A stretch of DNA of 36,746 nucleotides from Vitrella brassicaformis CCMP3155 (lineage: Eukaryota; Protista; Chromerida), in contig CDMY01000648.1 in NCBI GenBank assembly GCA_001179505.1, positions 1 to 36,746 of the forward strand, written 5' to 3'. Shown in pieces: positions 1 to 11,651 of this stretch (position 1 is the stretch's first letter; each line of letters begins with the position of its first letter). A program made the position numbers and the translations under genes. Below the pieces are notes generated by a model, which was given only the letters and a program-made list of their open reading frames with translations, was not told where the DNA came from and did not search any database.

Positions 1-590
1 AGACGAGGCACTCGGGCTGCACGTCCACCAGGGTGTACTCTGTCTTGTCGGCGCAGTTGGCCGTCGTGTAGCCGCACGACTCGAGAGCACGGCCGAGTGG
101 TGCGCCATCCACACCCCACGGAACTCTGGCAGATAGATACCTGGGGGGAACGCATTCATCCACAGCCACCAATCCAATCAGCCAGCCAATGAATATATCG
201 ATGATGCCTGCACGCACCTGTGCAGTAGGTTCGAGAGGAAGTAGTACTGAATGCCGGTCAGCGGCTCGTTCAGAACACGCGCCTCCAGCTGCACCGTGTT
301 CCTTCAGCCATCGCACAGCACAGCACAGCACAGCATTAACACAAACCTCTACAATGCAGCTGCAGTGTTGCCTCATGGGTCGCGCACTTTGCTTAGATGA
401 GCACAAACGAGTCGACATCCACTCCATCGGCATTGAATTTGCTCGCCATGTTGTGCAGCTGTGCCACGGGGCTAAAGGCGGTCCTGGCGAGTCTTGCGTC
501 GAGGTGTGGGGCGAGCTCCCGCTGCAGCGGAGGATGAGGGGCACCACCTTGGTGCGCTTCATGGGCCGGCAGGTCACCGCTTTCCAAGGC
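1..590 (-). pseudogene. Exon fragments of an unidentified intron-containing gene, probably decayed; runs off the window start
   Basis: Exons 301-218 and 140-<1 have GT/AG ends and join in frame: NTVQLEARVLNEPLTGIQYYFLSNLLHR|YLSARVPWGVDGAPLGRALESCGYTTANCADKTEYTLVDVQPECLV. The upstream segment (~590-347) has an in-frame TAA in its most protein-like frame and does not join in phase. Confidence 0.35.
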
Positions 591-1797
591 CGCTCGTCAT
601 CCATTCAACCAATGGATCACGGACACACGCGGAGGGCCCCAGGGCTGCCCTTCAAGGCAAGCTGATGAAATGCGCCGATGAGTCGGATGAAATCGCATTG
701 GCGGATATCGGCCCTCATGCTTCAGCATCTCTATCAACACGTCCGTGACAGTTGCCTGAAGATTGTCGAAACAATTGCGTCCACAGCATATCGCACTCGC
801 CGGAAAGATCAAAAGGACGCGAAAGTCTCCCCGAGTCTGACCGTGAGGCGTTCAGGTGACCGAGCTTCCTGCTGGCAGCCTGCAAGGGAAGACGCAACAG
901 CCAAAAGTGAACGAAGAGATCTGTGTAAGTACTTGGATAAAAAATGCTCGGTGGGCTGTCCTGACGGCCTTGTGTCTCCTCTGGCGGCTCAGCGGCAGTG
1001 GGCTCACCATCAGGAAGAGCATTGCGTCGGTCACACAACGGGGCCACGAGAGATCTTTGTCCGCTGCAGCAACGCGAAGAAGATCTGAAGCCCATCTGTC
1101 CTCTTCCCTCGTGAAAGGTGAGCTCGCATTTTGTGCCCCCGTCAAACCCCCAGCCTTTTCCGCATTCCCTGCGCTTTTTTCTTTCACTTGTCGTGTCAAT
1201 GGTCTCAGTGCGGAGGGGGAAAAGGAAAAAAAGAGAGAAAGGAATTTGCCAAAGTCGGTGATCGAGTGAGGATCGAATTGCCCTTTTTCTCACAGCTGAC
1301 ACTTCGCTCGTTTGATTCTGGTGCACGAGATTGTCCAGTGGGAGCCCCGAGGACCATCCAGCGAGAGAAAGAAAGAGGAAAGACTTTTCACTCGAGTCGC
1401 ACCATTGCGGGCAGATCTGAGAGATCTGAGACCAAAGCCGCGTGTCACAGTGTGGCCGGCCATGTGGCTTTCAGCGCCTTGTGATGGTGGTTTTGCCGAG
1501 AAGCTGCGGTCAATCATCGAGATGGGCTTCCCGGAGGCGGCCACGAGGTCAGCCGGCGACCATAAGCACATAAAGGCATTGGCGTGTGAAAGGATGTCAT
1601 TTTTATCAGGGAGAAGCTTCTCGAGGAGAGGGGCGATGTGCAGGCTGCTCTTTCCTCGCTGCTGCGTGTGCAGCCAGATGATCGGGGAGGTATGTGTGTA
1701 TGTCTGTGAGCGGCACGACAGCACGAAACACGTACACACAGATGGACGATGGATGTGGAGGCCACCGTGGTGTTGTCGACTTCTGTCAGCCCCCGCC

Positions 1798-2177
1798 ATG
1801 TCTGATGAGGAGCACCAGATCGCACCAGAGCAGCAGACGGACGTACCATTAGATGCGGCCGACCCGTCCAGCCCAGAAAAGCGAGAACGGAAACAAGGCG
1901 AGCTGTGCGGACTCCAAAACATCGGAAACCGTGAGTTGCGACACGCAAACGTACCTGTCTGTACACGCACCTCTCTCTCCCTCTCTCTGCGTCCATTCGT
2001 GCGTCTCTCTCAGCTCACCACGTCAATTTCTTCCTCCAGACGCTCTTCCTGGTGCCCGGCTTTGTCGACTGTGTGCTGCGGTATCGCGAGGAAAGCGAGC
2101 TGCCGGCAAAGAGCGAGAGAGAGACCACCGATGGGTCAGTAAGGGAACACTTGGGCCTTGCCATCGTGGTGGCGTCA

Positions 2178-2211
<34 letters not shown>

Positions 2212-2985
2212 CAGTGCTGCTAGCGGTGAGGGTACGATGGCCGATGGTGTGCCGCTGGGCGAGGAGTCAGCGAGACGGTAACGATAACAATGCAGCCTGA
2301 GGGGCTCCAGAGTCTTATGCGTGTTGGTGTGTCGTATCAGACACTCGAGCGGCGCCAGAGGGAGGGGGCGGACGGCATCGCAATCACTAGGTGTGCATTC
2401 GGGGCAGACATGCACCTGGTGGTGCGGTACATGTGTTGTCTTCTGTGTGGTTGTTGTTCACGAACAGTGTTGGAGCTGCGCCGTCTGTTTGCGCACATGC
2501 TGCTGTCGAAGCGCAAGTGCGTTAGCCCAGAGAACGTGCTGGCGCACCTGGTCGATGAGAACGGTACACCCCTGCAGTGTACATGTTGCAGCCACACACC
2601 GTCATGCATACCTAATGGTGTGTGCGGTGCGTGGATGAATCAATCAGGTCGGTCGGTCCCTTTGGGCACACAGGAGGATGTGGGGCAGCTTTCAAGCAAG
2701 TTCTTCGAACGGCTAGAGGAAGGTCACTCAGTCTGCCTGCCGTGCACACAAAGCCGCGGACGACACATGACATACATGCATTCATATACCTGTCTGTCTG
2801 TCTGTCTGTCTGCACCTGTTGGTCCCATCAGATCTCATGCAGGGTGCGGTGATGCCGCCCCGGTGGGGCCGTCAGCACCCACCTCCCATTCCCGCCACCG
2901 CCACCCCTCTACTCATCCCCATCCACCGACACACACCAGCACTCCGCAACACCAGCTGCAGCGCCTAATGGGGCGGACCAGATGA
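1798..2985 (+). pseudogene. USP (peptidase C19) N-terminal half, USP25/28-like; catalytic Cys replaced by His; no His-box found
   Basis: Exons 1798-1930, 2014-2134, 2215-2277, 2341-2390, 2468-2563 and 2648-2722 splice in frame. They give GLQNIGNPHHVNFFLQTLF (Cys box), LELRRLFAHMLLSKRKCVSPENVL and QEDVGQLSSKFFERLEE (QQD box). Low-complexity sequence and a stop follow by 2985. Confidence 0.75.
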
Positions 2986-3072
2986 GCATGGGCACAATGG
3001 GTGACGAGCAGCAGCAGCAGCAGGTGACGAGCACCATTAAGATCCACTTTTCACCCGAATGAGGCCGATCGC

Positions 3073-3750
3073 ATGGTGGATGGGGAGGTGGGCGAGGGGC
3101 GGCATGGTGGGCATGGCGATGGCAATGGAGGGAGGGAGGAAGCTGTGATTCCGTTCGATGAGTTGACGAAGGTTCAGCTGGTGGAGCTGCTCAGGGCCCA
3201 CCCATCACCCGACATGCGACACGTTGCCGACAACATCACGGCCAGCACACCACACAGACACACGTATGAAGCAGGGGCACCGACCTGATGCGTTGTCTTG
3301 TCGGCGTGTGCCTGCACAGAGGCTAGCGATCGACTCGGCGGTGAGTTTGTTGGACATGTTGGATGACATGGACAGGGGGGCTGTGTGCGAGGGCATCCGC
3401 TGCGAGCTCGGCCTCCCAAAGGGCATCGCACTCCTCATCATACCGCAGCTGCGGCGCTTCCTGCGGGCACTTCAACGGCGGGGGGCCGTCCAGTGGCCAC
3501 CTGGGGATGGTGAGAGGGGGGAGGGAGGCCTGGCTGCCGGCAAGTCGTGGGATTCAGCTCGCCTGGCGTCGGCCATTGAGCATGAGATAGACATGATGGC
3601 GGCTGACAAGAAGCAGCGGCACGGCGACAGACTACAACACGTCATCGACAAAATCAGAGAGGTGAGTCCACACGCGACACACAGCACAGAATCACTCATC
3701 GATGTCTGTGCCTGTCTGTGTGTGTGCAGCATGGCATATCAGGCATTTTG
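3073..3750 (+). CDS. SAM-like helical repeat protein or fragment
   Basis: Exons 3073-3240 and 3320-3660 give FDELTKVQLVELLR...VADNITRLAIDSAVSLLDML...ELGLPKGIALLIIPQLR, which fits a SAM-like pattern. A second repeat starts at SWDSARLASAIE...LQHVIDKIRE. The first donor is non-canonical (GC at 3241). Confidence 0.45.
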
Positions 3751-4168
3751 GTAGGTCGTTCGGATGCAAGCATCACTCGTTCCTAGAGTGATGGGACGGC
3801 CATGGCATGCTGATGATGGTGATGTGAGTCAGTCAGTCAGTCAGTGATCGAGACTGCCCCTGGTGTGTGTGTGCGTCTGGGCTATGTAAAAGTGTGGCTT
3901 TCTCCATCCATCCATCCATCGTGCCGGTGTTCCCATGTGTAATTCCATGCATGTTTTATGAGACATTCGCGTATGATCAAAACGCCCATGTGGTCGCTCA
4001 TTGTGAGAAGACAGAGGATGGCGTAGGAACGACCTTGACAGCATATATAGCATCCATGGGATGGATAGTCAAGACGCCTGTACACGGGTCACCTCCATCC
4101 ATCCACCCAAGCATGCACACAGCACCAAGGCACCACACACATCCTTCCCCACCGCCTCACGTGCACAG

Positions 4169-4410
4169 CCAGCGGCGTCGACGGACGGCTGCCATTTGCC
4201 CAGTGAGAGGTCCATCCCGAGATGGGCAGAGACCCAGTCTCGTGCAATGTTTGTGTAAGTCAAATTGTGGCAGGTCTGTCTGAAGCGCTGGTGTGTCTGT
4301 CTGAGGCGGAGAGGAAGGAATTGCCCGTTCTATGTCTGTTTCTCTCAAACCAGACTGTGGCGCTACGGCTATGCACTGATTTGACCGACACAATATATAC
4401 GGACGTCCAG
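4169..4410 (+). pseudogene. Two exons of an unknown gene; the first is paralogous to 8965-9071 and has an in-frame TAA
   Basis: Exon 4169-4273 reads GCHLPSERSIPRWAETQSRAMFV*VKLWQ, with TAA at 4256-4258 where the paralog has TAT. Exon 4354-4410 (TVALRLCTDLTDTIYTDVQ) joins in phase 0. Confidence 0.5.
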
Positions 4411-4604
4411 GTCAGCACACACATCCGATCTACACATGCAGCGTCTGCTGTCTGTCTGTCTGTCTGTCTATGTATCTATCTGTCAGTCTGTCAAACATGT
4501 GCCATACTTGATGATCGACCTGTCGTTGATCCTCACGTGGAGGCCACGCAGGCCTCGCAGACGCAGCAGCGATGTCGACGTCAGATTGCCCACACTGGCA
4601 GCGT

Positions 4605-6661
4605 CTACATCCTCCGACACTGCACAGACAAGTGCAAACAAACAAATACGCACACCCGCTGTCGATGACGTCGAAACGATTTCTTCCCTGGCTCACCGCC
4701 GGTCAGGCTCAGCTCGAGCTTCTCGATCTTTGGCAAATCAGCCGCCCTGTCGCCCCACGTGATGCCCTCGACGCCCACATCCTCCACCACCAACACCGCT
4801 CTCCTGAGTTCCCTGTCGCCGCCGACAGACTCGATCACCTGCAGGGCCTGGCCGGCCGTCACGCCACGACATACCAACTCGTTGCAATTGAGTCTGCTGG
4901 CCAGCTGGCAGGCGAGCTGGCAGCCAAGGCGGCTAGACAGCGTCAGCTTGCCGAAAACAACGGGGAAGCGGTTGGGCAGATTTGCCTGAACGGAAGAGAA
5001 GCGGCCCCCTTAGATTTGGTGTTCTTTGGTGTTGTTTGGCGCTTACGAGAATGGATGCATCGCACTCCTGTGCATCGGCCGGCGGCAACAGCACATCAGC
5101 ATTGCACACCGTCACACGCACCACAAAGCTCTTGAATGACAGCCGGGACACGAAGTCCTTGAATGCCGCGTCATATACGGGCGGCTGGTCGAGGCTCGCC
5201 GGAGCAATGGTCCAGTAGAGGTCGTTAGCGAGGGAAGCCGTCTTCTGTACGAACTCCATGACGAAAGGGGTGGCGTATGGGGAATGGCGCTGCATGGACG
5301 GCAGGAGGCTGCCAAGGTCGATCTTCAGAGCGGGAGCATTGAGGTGGGCGAGGAGAATGGGAGGCGGTGGGTTAACAGCTATCACACCTATCTGGACCGA
5401 CACGGCTGGTCGGCAGAGGGCAGAGTGGAAGCTCTCCCAAGGCAGAGAACACAGGCAGCCATGCGGCATCGACTATGCTGTCTCCCGGGAGGCTCACTGA
5501 GAGGTGCTCCAGCGACGCCACACACCCATAACGCGCCAAGACGTTCTAAAAAGAACCAAGAGAGGAAGGAAAGACAGACAGATGCACTCGACACACTGCA
5601 TGTGATGTGGTACGGATGCCTACCTTGAGCTCCAGGATCGCATCGCGGCTCTCCAGAGAACCCCTCTCGATCCTCAAAGTGCCGATGGACGCCAGGCGCG
5701 ACAACGGCCTTCCGCTCTGGCCGCCCTCGCCCGGCCAATTCTCTGCAAACTCCCTGAACATCTCCGCCTTCTGCTCAGGAGTTGCCTCGCCAGGCAGATG
5801 CGTCGGCGTACGAGCAGAGTGCCGAAAGAACTTCATCACACCGGTCTGCGGAGCACGCAAGTCGTCCGATGCGAGAGTGAGGGATTCGAGGGCCGGCGTC
5901 TCGAAGCAGTCAGCCAGGCCGAAGGCGCCAGACGGCAGGTTGATGATCGTGGTGAGAGCATGAAGGCAGGGGAGGGGCCGCGATGGGCCAGTGGGCCGGC
6001 CGGGCGGAGGGACGTACCCGTCGATGCTGGTGAGAATGGTGGTAAGGCTCCCGTCCGGTAACAGCTCTGCCGACGGAGGGGCTCGGCCTGACCCCCTCGC
6101 CTCACGCCGCATGGTGTCGATCATCTTTTTCCGCCCCTCCACATGCCCTGTCAATAAGGACTTGAGGGGCTCATAGAAGGCCGGGGGTGTGTCGATGGTA
6201 AACGGGCTGTGGCCAGATGTATGACGGACGGTGAGTGTGGTCAGATTGGTCAGGCGGCTCCCCCACTCTCTGGTCGCCGCCAGGTCTGCAAGCATGGGGA
6301 TGTCTTCCTTGAACTCAGACGTGTCGATGAGGACATGGCGGTAGTGGGGAGCCACAGCCGCCACGAGCTCCTCGGGAGGGGCGCGGACGCACCACATGGG
6401 AAGGTATGAGAATATGCCACAGAGATGGGGGACGTCCTGCATGAATGCCATGGACACACAGTGACGGACGAAACTAGGGAGCGTCTCTCTGCCGTCCTGT
6501 ACCTCTGTTTCGAATTCTTCGAATTGTCTGTCTGGGTCGCTGTCGAGGGAAGAGCCGGAGCTGAGGTCACTGTCCTCACTGTCCCCATCGTCGTCGCTCG
6601 GACACCACTCGGAGTCGTCTTCGTCGCTCTCACTCCATTCGTCATCTGAATGTCGACACAT
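4605..6661 (-). pseudogene. Lineage-expanded F-box-like/LRR-like hypothetical protein with an acidic N-terminus; at least one frameshift
   Basis: Long exon 6661-~5626 (acidic tract, DVPHLCGIFSYLPMWCVR, LRR-like LPCLHALTTI/FETPALESLTL). After an intron comes NVLARYGCVASLEHLSV...WLPVFSAL. An extra base at 5436-5438 then shifts to ESFHSALCRP...FVSRLSFKS. A further discontinuity near 5010 precedes NLPNRFPVVFGKLTL...LPKIEKLELSL. The F-box assignment is by resemblance only. Confidence 0.6.
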
Positions 6662-6844
6662 ATCCACATCCCCACCCAGATGTTTTGCCCTCATCCACTC
6701 TGGTGCTCGCTGCGTTTCCCGTACGTACCGTCAAGATCGCCTAGTGCCGTGGCGATCGCGGCGTTCTCATCCCCCTCTCCGTCACGATTTTCGTCTCCAC
6801 CCTCCTCGCCGCTGCTGTCACCCTCGACAGACTCGCTCTCCGAC

Positions 6845-7756
6845 TCAAGACTCGCTATCGCTCTCGGCCTGTACGTATAAGCAGAGAGGGATAGATAGGT
6901 AGGTCCGGCTTGCATGTGTGTGGACCTCTACTCGCCCAGCGCACCTCTAAGTCTGCACCCATTTGGGCGGCCAGCGGTTCGAAAGTGTCCTTGATCTCCT
7001 GAGGGCTCATGTCCTGTGGCGAATAAATAAAGGAACCGACAAAGAGGGCAGGATGGATTCGCTGCCTCTCTGTGTGTGGGCCGTATGGTACCTACCCTGA
7101 TGTGACACGCATAGGCAGCATACGTCAGCTGTAGGAGCGATTGCAAGTCCAAGAGATCAGCAGCCTGGTGAATTGCATGCAGCAAGGCAAGGAAGGCATC
7201 ACCGCAACCAGACGATGGATGCCAGTGGGTACCATATCGGTCACGTACCTTCATGACCTGATACAGCTCTTGCCGATCGGCTGTGCCCAACACCTCTCGC
7301 TCAAGCAGCAGCACTGGCACCTGACACGCCAACCAAGGAATCGACACACAAACACTCATCCTCACACACACACACACACTCACTCACACGCATCCGCGGT
7401 GTATGTGCGTCATGGTGACTCACTTCTCCGACGTAGACCGTCGCTTCCAGTGGCTGCTTGATAGCTGGTATCTCCCTGCCGGCATAATGGCCGCAGTACT
7501 TGTGGAATACCATTTTCAGCAGATGCGCATCGATGGGGAGAGGGATCGGACTTTGATCTGATGGATCTGATGAAGCTGCACAGAGAAAGGTACTGGCTTC
7601 AAGCGCTTCGTTTCGTTGATTCTGCTCACCCTCCAGGATGCCCTTGACGAGGTTTGACCTCCGGGCGGCCTCGAGAGGAACCTCCACCACCTTTTTGTCT
7701 TTGGACTCGACTTTGATCATCTCAACTTCCGCGGTAGGATTGGCTATTTTCACCAT
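6845..7756 (-). CDS. SKP1-like: Divergent Skp1-family protein, about 188 aa, 5 exons
   Basis: Exons 7756-7424, 7320-7249, 7164-7096, 7013-6945 and 6868-6845 are all GT-AG and phase 0. They give MIKVESKDKKVVEVPLEAARRSNLVKGIL...PIPLPIDAHLLKMVFHKYCGHY...IKQPL (Skp1 POZ) and ELYQVMKAADLLDLQSLLQLTYAAYACHIRDMSPQEIKDTF (Skp1 C-domain). The start may lie further upstream, since the frame is open to 8062. Confidence 0.85.
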
Positions 7757-8879
7757 CCTCGTTCCATCCCACACTGTCGATGTTGTGCCCCATTTCCCCA
7801 ACAGTGGCTGATAGTACGGCGCAGAGGCGCCGGAGCTGAGACCCTCCAGTACAGGGCCTGAAAGCCACTCCACGACTACAATAACACCTCCGCGAAGGAG
7901 ATCACTGCCAGAGCTGCCAACAGAGAGGGGACGAAAAGCGCAGCGGAGAAGCGAGGAAGGACGATGACCAAGGACAAGCAGATAGCGGGTTGAACGAAGG
8001 TGAAGTAGAGCCACACCCATAATGCTCGCCACATCATACGATTTGTGGAAAAGAGTGGGCAAAAGAATGAAACCGTCAGCCTAATGAGTTAGGGCCGACG
8101 GCGGCGTTAATCGGAGGCCGGACTAAGGCCGCAAGACAAAGCGGTTTCAGGCATGGGGCAACCAGGGCCATGGAGATGCAATCGATCGGTAGCGCCGCAG
8201 CCATCTCCAACGGATGACCCTCCTCTCACCAATTGGGGTCAGGAGCTCCCAGAGGAGCTCACGAGATGCGCAATAGATCACACAAGACTCTGCGCATGGC
8301 TGTCTGCTGTTTGCTGCTGCAGGTGTTGCAGGGGTGTGGTATCGTTCGTGTAGCAATATTGCTGTGAGAAGTGGAGTTTCTCACTGAGGATTCTCTTTGG
8401 CACACCACCACCATCAATGACTCCGTGGCGTACCACTCGGCCAAGGAGCCGGCTGGAAGGGGCCAAGGAAGTGCGCCGCAATCGATGGGGCCCGGGAGCT
8501 CAGAAATTGATGTGAGGGACCGATCTGCTGAGGGGAGCGGTGATCTGGGAGCCGTGATCTGGCGCTTCAATGCGTTTTTGTCGGGTCCTAAGGAATCAGA
8601 GGCCAGCCAGGTGACCGAAGGAGAGAGAGAGCACCGCAGACAGACTGCCGATGGCCGACGATGAGATCTGGTCGGACTGCAATTGTCCTTCCCTCTCTGT
8701 CTGCTTGTCAGCGGGCGGCGCCTGCGAGCGGCCAAGGATGACACGAGGGCATGACTGAGGAGGGTCATTTTTCAGATCTGATGTGCGGTGAGCCGCCTGG
8801 GTGCAGTGCCAGAAGGGACGAAGACAGTGCAGATAAGTCAGTGCCTTCTCTCCCTTGTGTATGTTACTTATGTGTTCAG

Positions 8880-9304
8880 CCCTGGTCTTGGACACGTCGT
8901 GCAGCCGACGTGGGAGTGAGTGCGTCCGTCCACGAGGCGGGCGAGCAGAGCGCTGTGAGCGGTGCAGCCAGCGACGTCGACGGCGGCTGTCACTTGCCCG
9001 GTGAGAGGTCCATCCCGAGAGTCATCGAGACCTGCCGCTTTGCAATGTTTGTGTATGTCAAATTGTGGCAGGTCTGTCTGTCTGTCTGTCTGGCGAAGTG
9101 CCTGCCGACGCCGCTTCACCCGACCAGGCGCTCTCGGAGCGGTGTCGTCGCCCCTTTGCTGACTCGTGGCGGGGCGGCCTCACTGTGTGGCGTCGTCAAT
9201 GCCTGGACACTTTTGCTGCTGGCTTCGGGAGCGGGCCGACGGAGACCGCTTTCACCATTTCCCGCAGATCTGCTGGACAGCGACAAACGCCATCAGCCAC
9301 TTAA
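8880..9304 (+). CDS. Exons of an unknown protein; intact paralog of the exon at 4169-4273
   Basis: ...SDVDGGCHLPGERSIPRVIETCRFAMFVYVKLWQ| joins in phase 0 to ALSERCRRPFADSWRGG. The nucleotide match to 4169-4285 includes the donor and the CTGT intron start. Confidence 0.4.
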
Positions 9305-11611
9305 GTAACCGGGCTTTTCTGCGGCTGCTGCGGCTGCTGCGCCACCATCGCCGGAGGAGTCCGAGAGCGATGGGCAGGGCTTAGACTGAGGACCGATGGG
9401 AGGCCGAAGCGGTACTTGTCGCTGAGGAAGGATAGATGACTCACGTATAAATACAAAATTCCTGGCTGCCTCTTCTTTGTGTCCCTTTTCCAGTTCTTGG
9501 ACCGACGATGACTTCCCTCTCCAGGTCAGGTTAGGGCCTCGTAACAGAAGCTCACCCATCGATGCATCCCTCGCAATCAATCGCTCTCTTATATATCTCT
9601 GTCTGCGCTGTGCTGTTGGAGAGGCTATCGGTGGCTGGCGACAACGAGCTATGTACTGATGTCTGTCTGTCTGTCTGTTGAGGACTTCCCTTGGCCGCCG
9701 CCGTCGCGCAGATCGACACTGACGATAGATAGATACAACCATCCATCGAACCGAACCCGAGAAGGAAGTGGAGGAGCTCTTTGAGGCGCATGAGATGTAC
9801 GGCACGTCGTGGACCGGACCCAGACGACTACATACATCCCCGAGAAATACACGCCATCCTCTCCCCCGCTCGCAGCGCCCCCATCCCCCTCACCTCACCT
9901 GCACTGCACCGACGGACGCCCGTTTTCCCACCCTCCAGCAACGGTTGGCATCCCTCTCCCTTCAGCCGACCAGCGCACATTCAGGCCCCGTACCAAAACA
10001 AGTGCAGGGGCAGGCAACCAGTGAGTGGATCGATCGTGTCGACGGGCCTGCGAGAGGGAGGAGAGGCGGCCTGCCAGTGACTGAGTGACGCGGGCAAGAA
10101 GCGGAAAAAAAGAGGCCTGAGAGAGTGCAGGGTGTGTGTACAGAGTCTGTCTGAGGCGTGTGGTGCCATGCCATGCCGACCGCTTTCATCTTTTTCATCG
10201 TCACTGACGTGAGCATTCCAGTCGCACACAGGGGTGTATTGTATTGTATGGGATCGGATCAACACCCTCTGTCCTTTTTCTGTTGGCCACTGTGACTGCA
10301 GATTTTTCCAATATATATTTGTGGGTGCAAGAAAGGCGTGATCAAGGGCCATCTTGAGTGATCTTTGGCATGGGGACGGAATCTCAGGAAGGGCGACAAG
10401 AACCATCCATCACGTGCAGGTAATGTACTGTACCGGAGCGCTTCCCCGACTTCTTCGACCAGATGAGGGAGGGAGCCGAGCCACACAAGGAAGGAAGACC
10501 ACAAGCACCATGTAATGTAAGAAAATGAGACATCCATCGTGCGGTCATCGCATGTGTACTGCTTTCGATCGAGGTTTCTCTTCCTTGCCCACCTGTCCAT
10601 TCAGGTCATCGATCCTTGTCCATGAGAGTGTGACGGACCGACAGAGAGAGTGGCACTCACTCTATGTCATAATCCGCCCGCGCCAACGAAAACGGCAGTT
10701 CGACCGACAATTAACCTGTTAGTCGACAATTAAGGTGAACGAGCTATCGACCCCTTCGGCATGCATACGAACGAAAGCAGCGGAGGGATGTGGCTGTTTG
10801 GCATGTGTTGTGTGCAGACAGACCCTGACTGAGTGGACGCAAGAACGTGTCCGTTATACGGACGGCAGACGACCAACACAGGCGGCGTTCGTTCGTTGTC
10901 AAGGTAGGTGTGTCACTCACGAGCTTCGGCGCCGTGGCTACGCTGCCGAGGCAGGCAGCCGAGTGTGACCAGGCTGCCGGGCTGCTCCGAGACGACAACA
11001 CACGCCCGCTGGTGGTGAGTCTGAATAAACAAGGCAGAAAGATTCATCGCCCTTCTCTCTCATATATATTGTCTTTGTCTCTTCCCTCTGCAGCCAGCCA
11101 CTAGTGGACTGACTCAGTTGGGAGGCACACCTGGGAGGGCAACGAGGAGCGCAGCGACTGGGAGCTGTACTTGGGTGACGTCAAGAAAACACATGAGTAT
11201 ATCCTCTCCACCCATCGGCTGACGTTCTTTGTTCTCGCAGAGGCCCTCCAACTCGATGGATGAATTGATGGGTGCCTGGGTGACGCATATGTGTGCACAC
11301 GCGCCTGCCTGCCTGCCTGTCTATCTATCTATCTCGCCTGTGTGGCCCTTCCTTCGCCACTGTGGGCCTCCCCGCAGCCCAGTGTCCGTGTCAGTCAGTC
11401 GTCCGTATGCTGCCAGTGAGTGCGTGCACGACCTGTGTCTGTCTATCCGGTGCCTGTGCCGGCCGTGCGCAAGCCTAGAGAGATACAGTACCTGCTTGTG
11501 TGACTGACTGACTGACTCGTGTGTGTCGTCGCCATTCATTCGCCCATGTATCGGTGCATTCATGGTGGATACGTACGTGTGGATGACGCCGCGGGGTGGA
11601 CAGATGCTCTT

Positions 11612-11651
11612 GCCTTGTCTTGCCTTGTCTTGTCTTGTCTTGTCTTGTCTT
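11612..11651. repeat. (TTGTC/TTGCC)n pentanucleotide microsatellite
   Basis: ttgccttgtcttgccttgtcttgtcttgtcttgtcttgtctt is directly visible. Confidence 0.85.

Noticed and set aside
189-1326. Long overlapping ORFs 189-665 (+), 678-1088 (+) and 715-1326 (-)
   Set aside because: No recognisable motifs; consistent with antisense or GC-rich shadow ORFs.
4169-4273. Cys-rich reading CPVRGPS...CLCKSNCGR as a metal-binding motif
   Set aside because: The alternative frame (ERSIPR...AMFVYVKLWQ) splices in phase to plausible next exons in both copies. The Cys frame hits a stop soon after splicing in the 4.2-kb copy.
7757-8062. 102-aa N-terminal extension of the Skp1-like ORF
   Set aside because: The frame is open but has no domain-like signal; it is treated as 5' UTR until transcript data exist.
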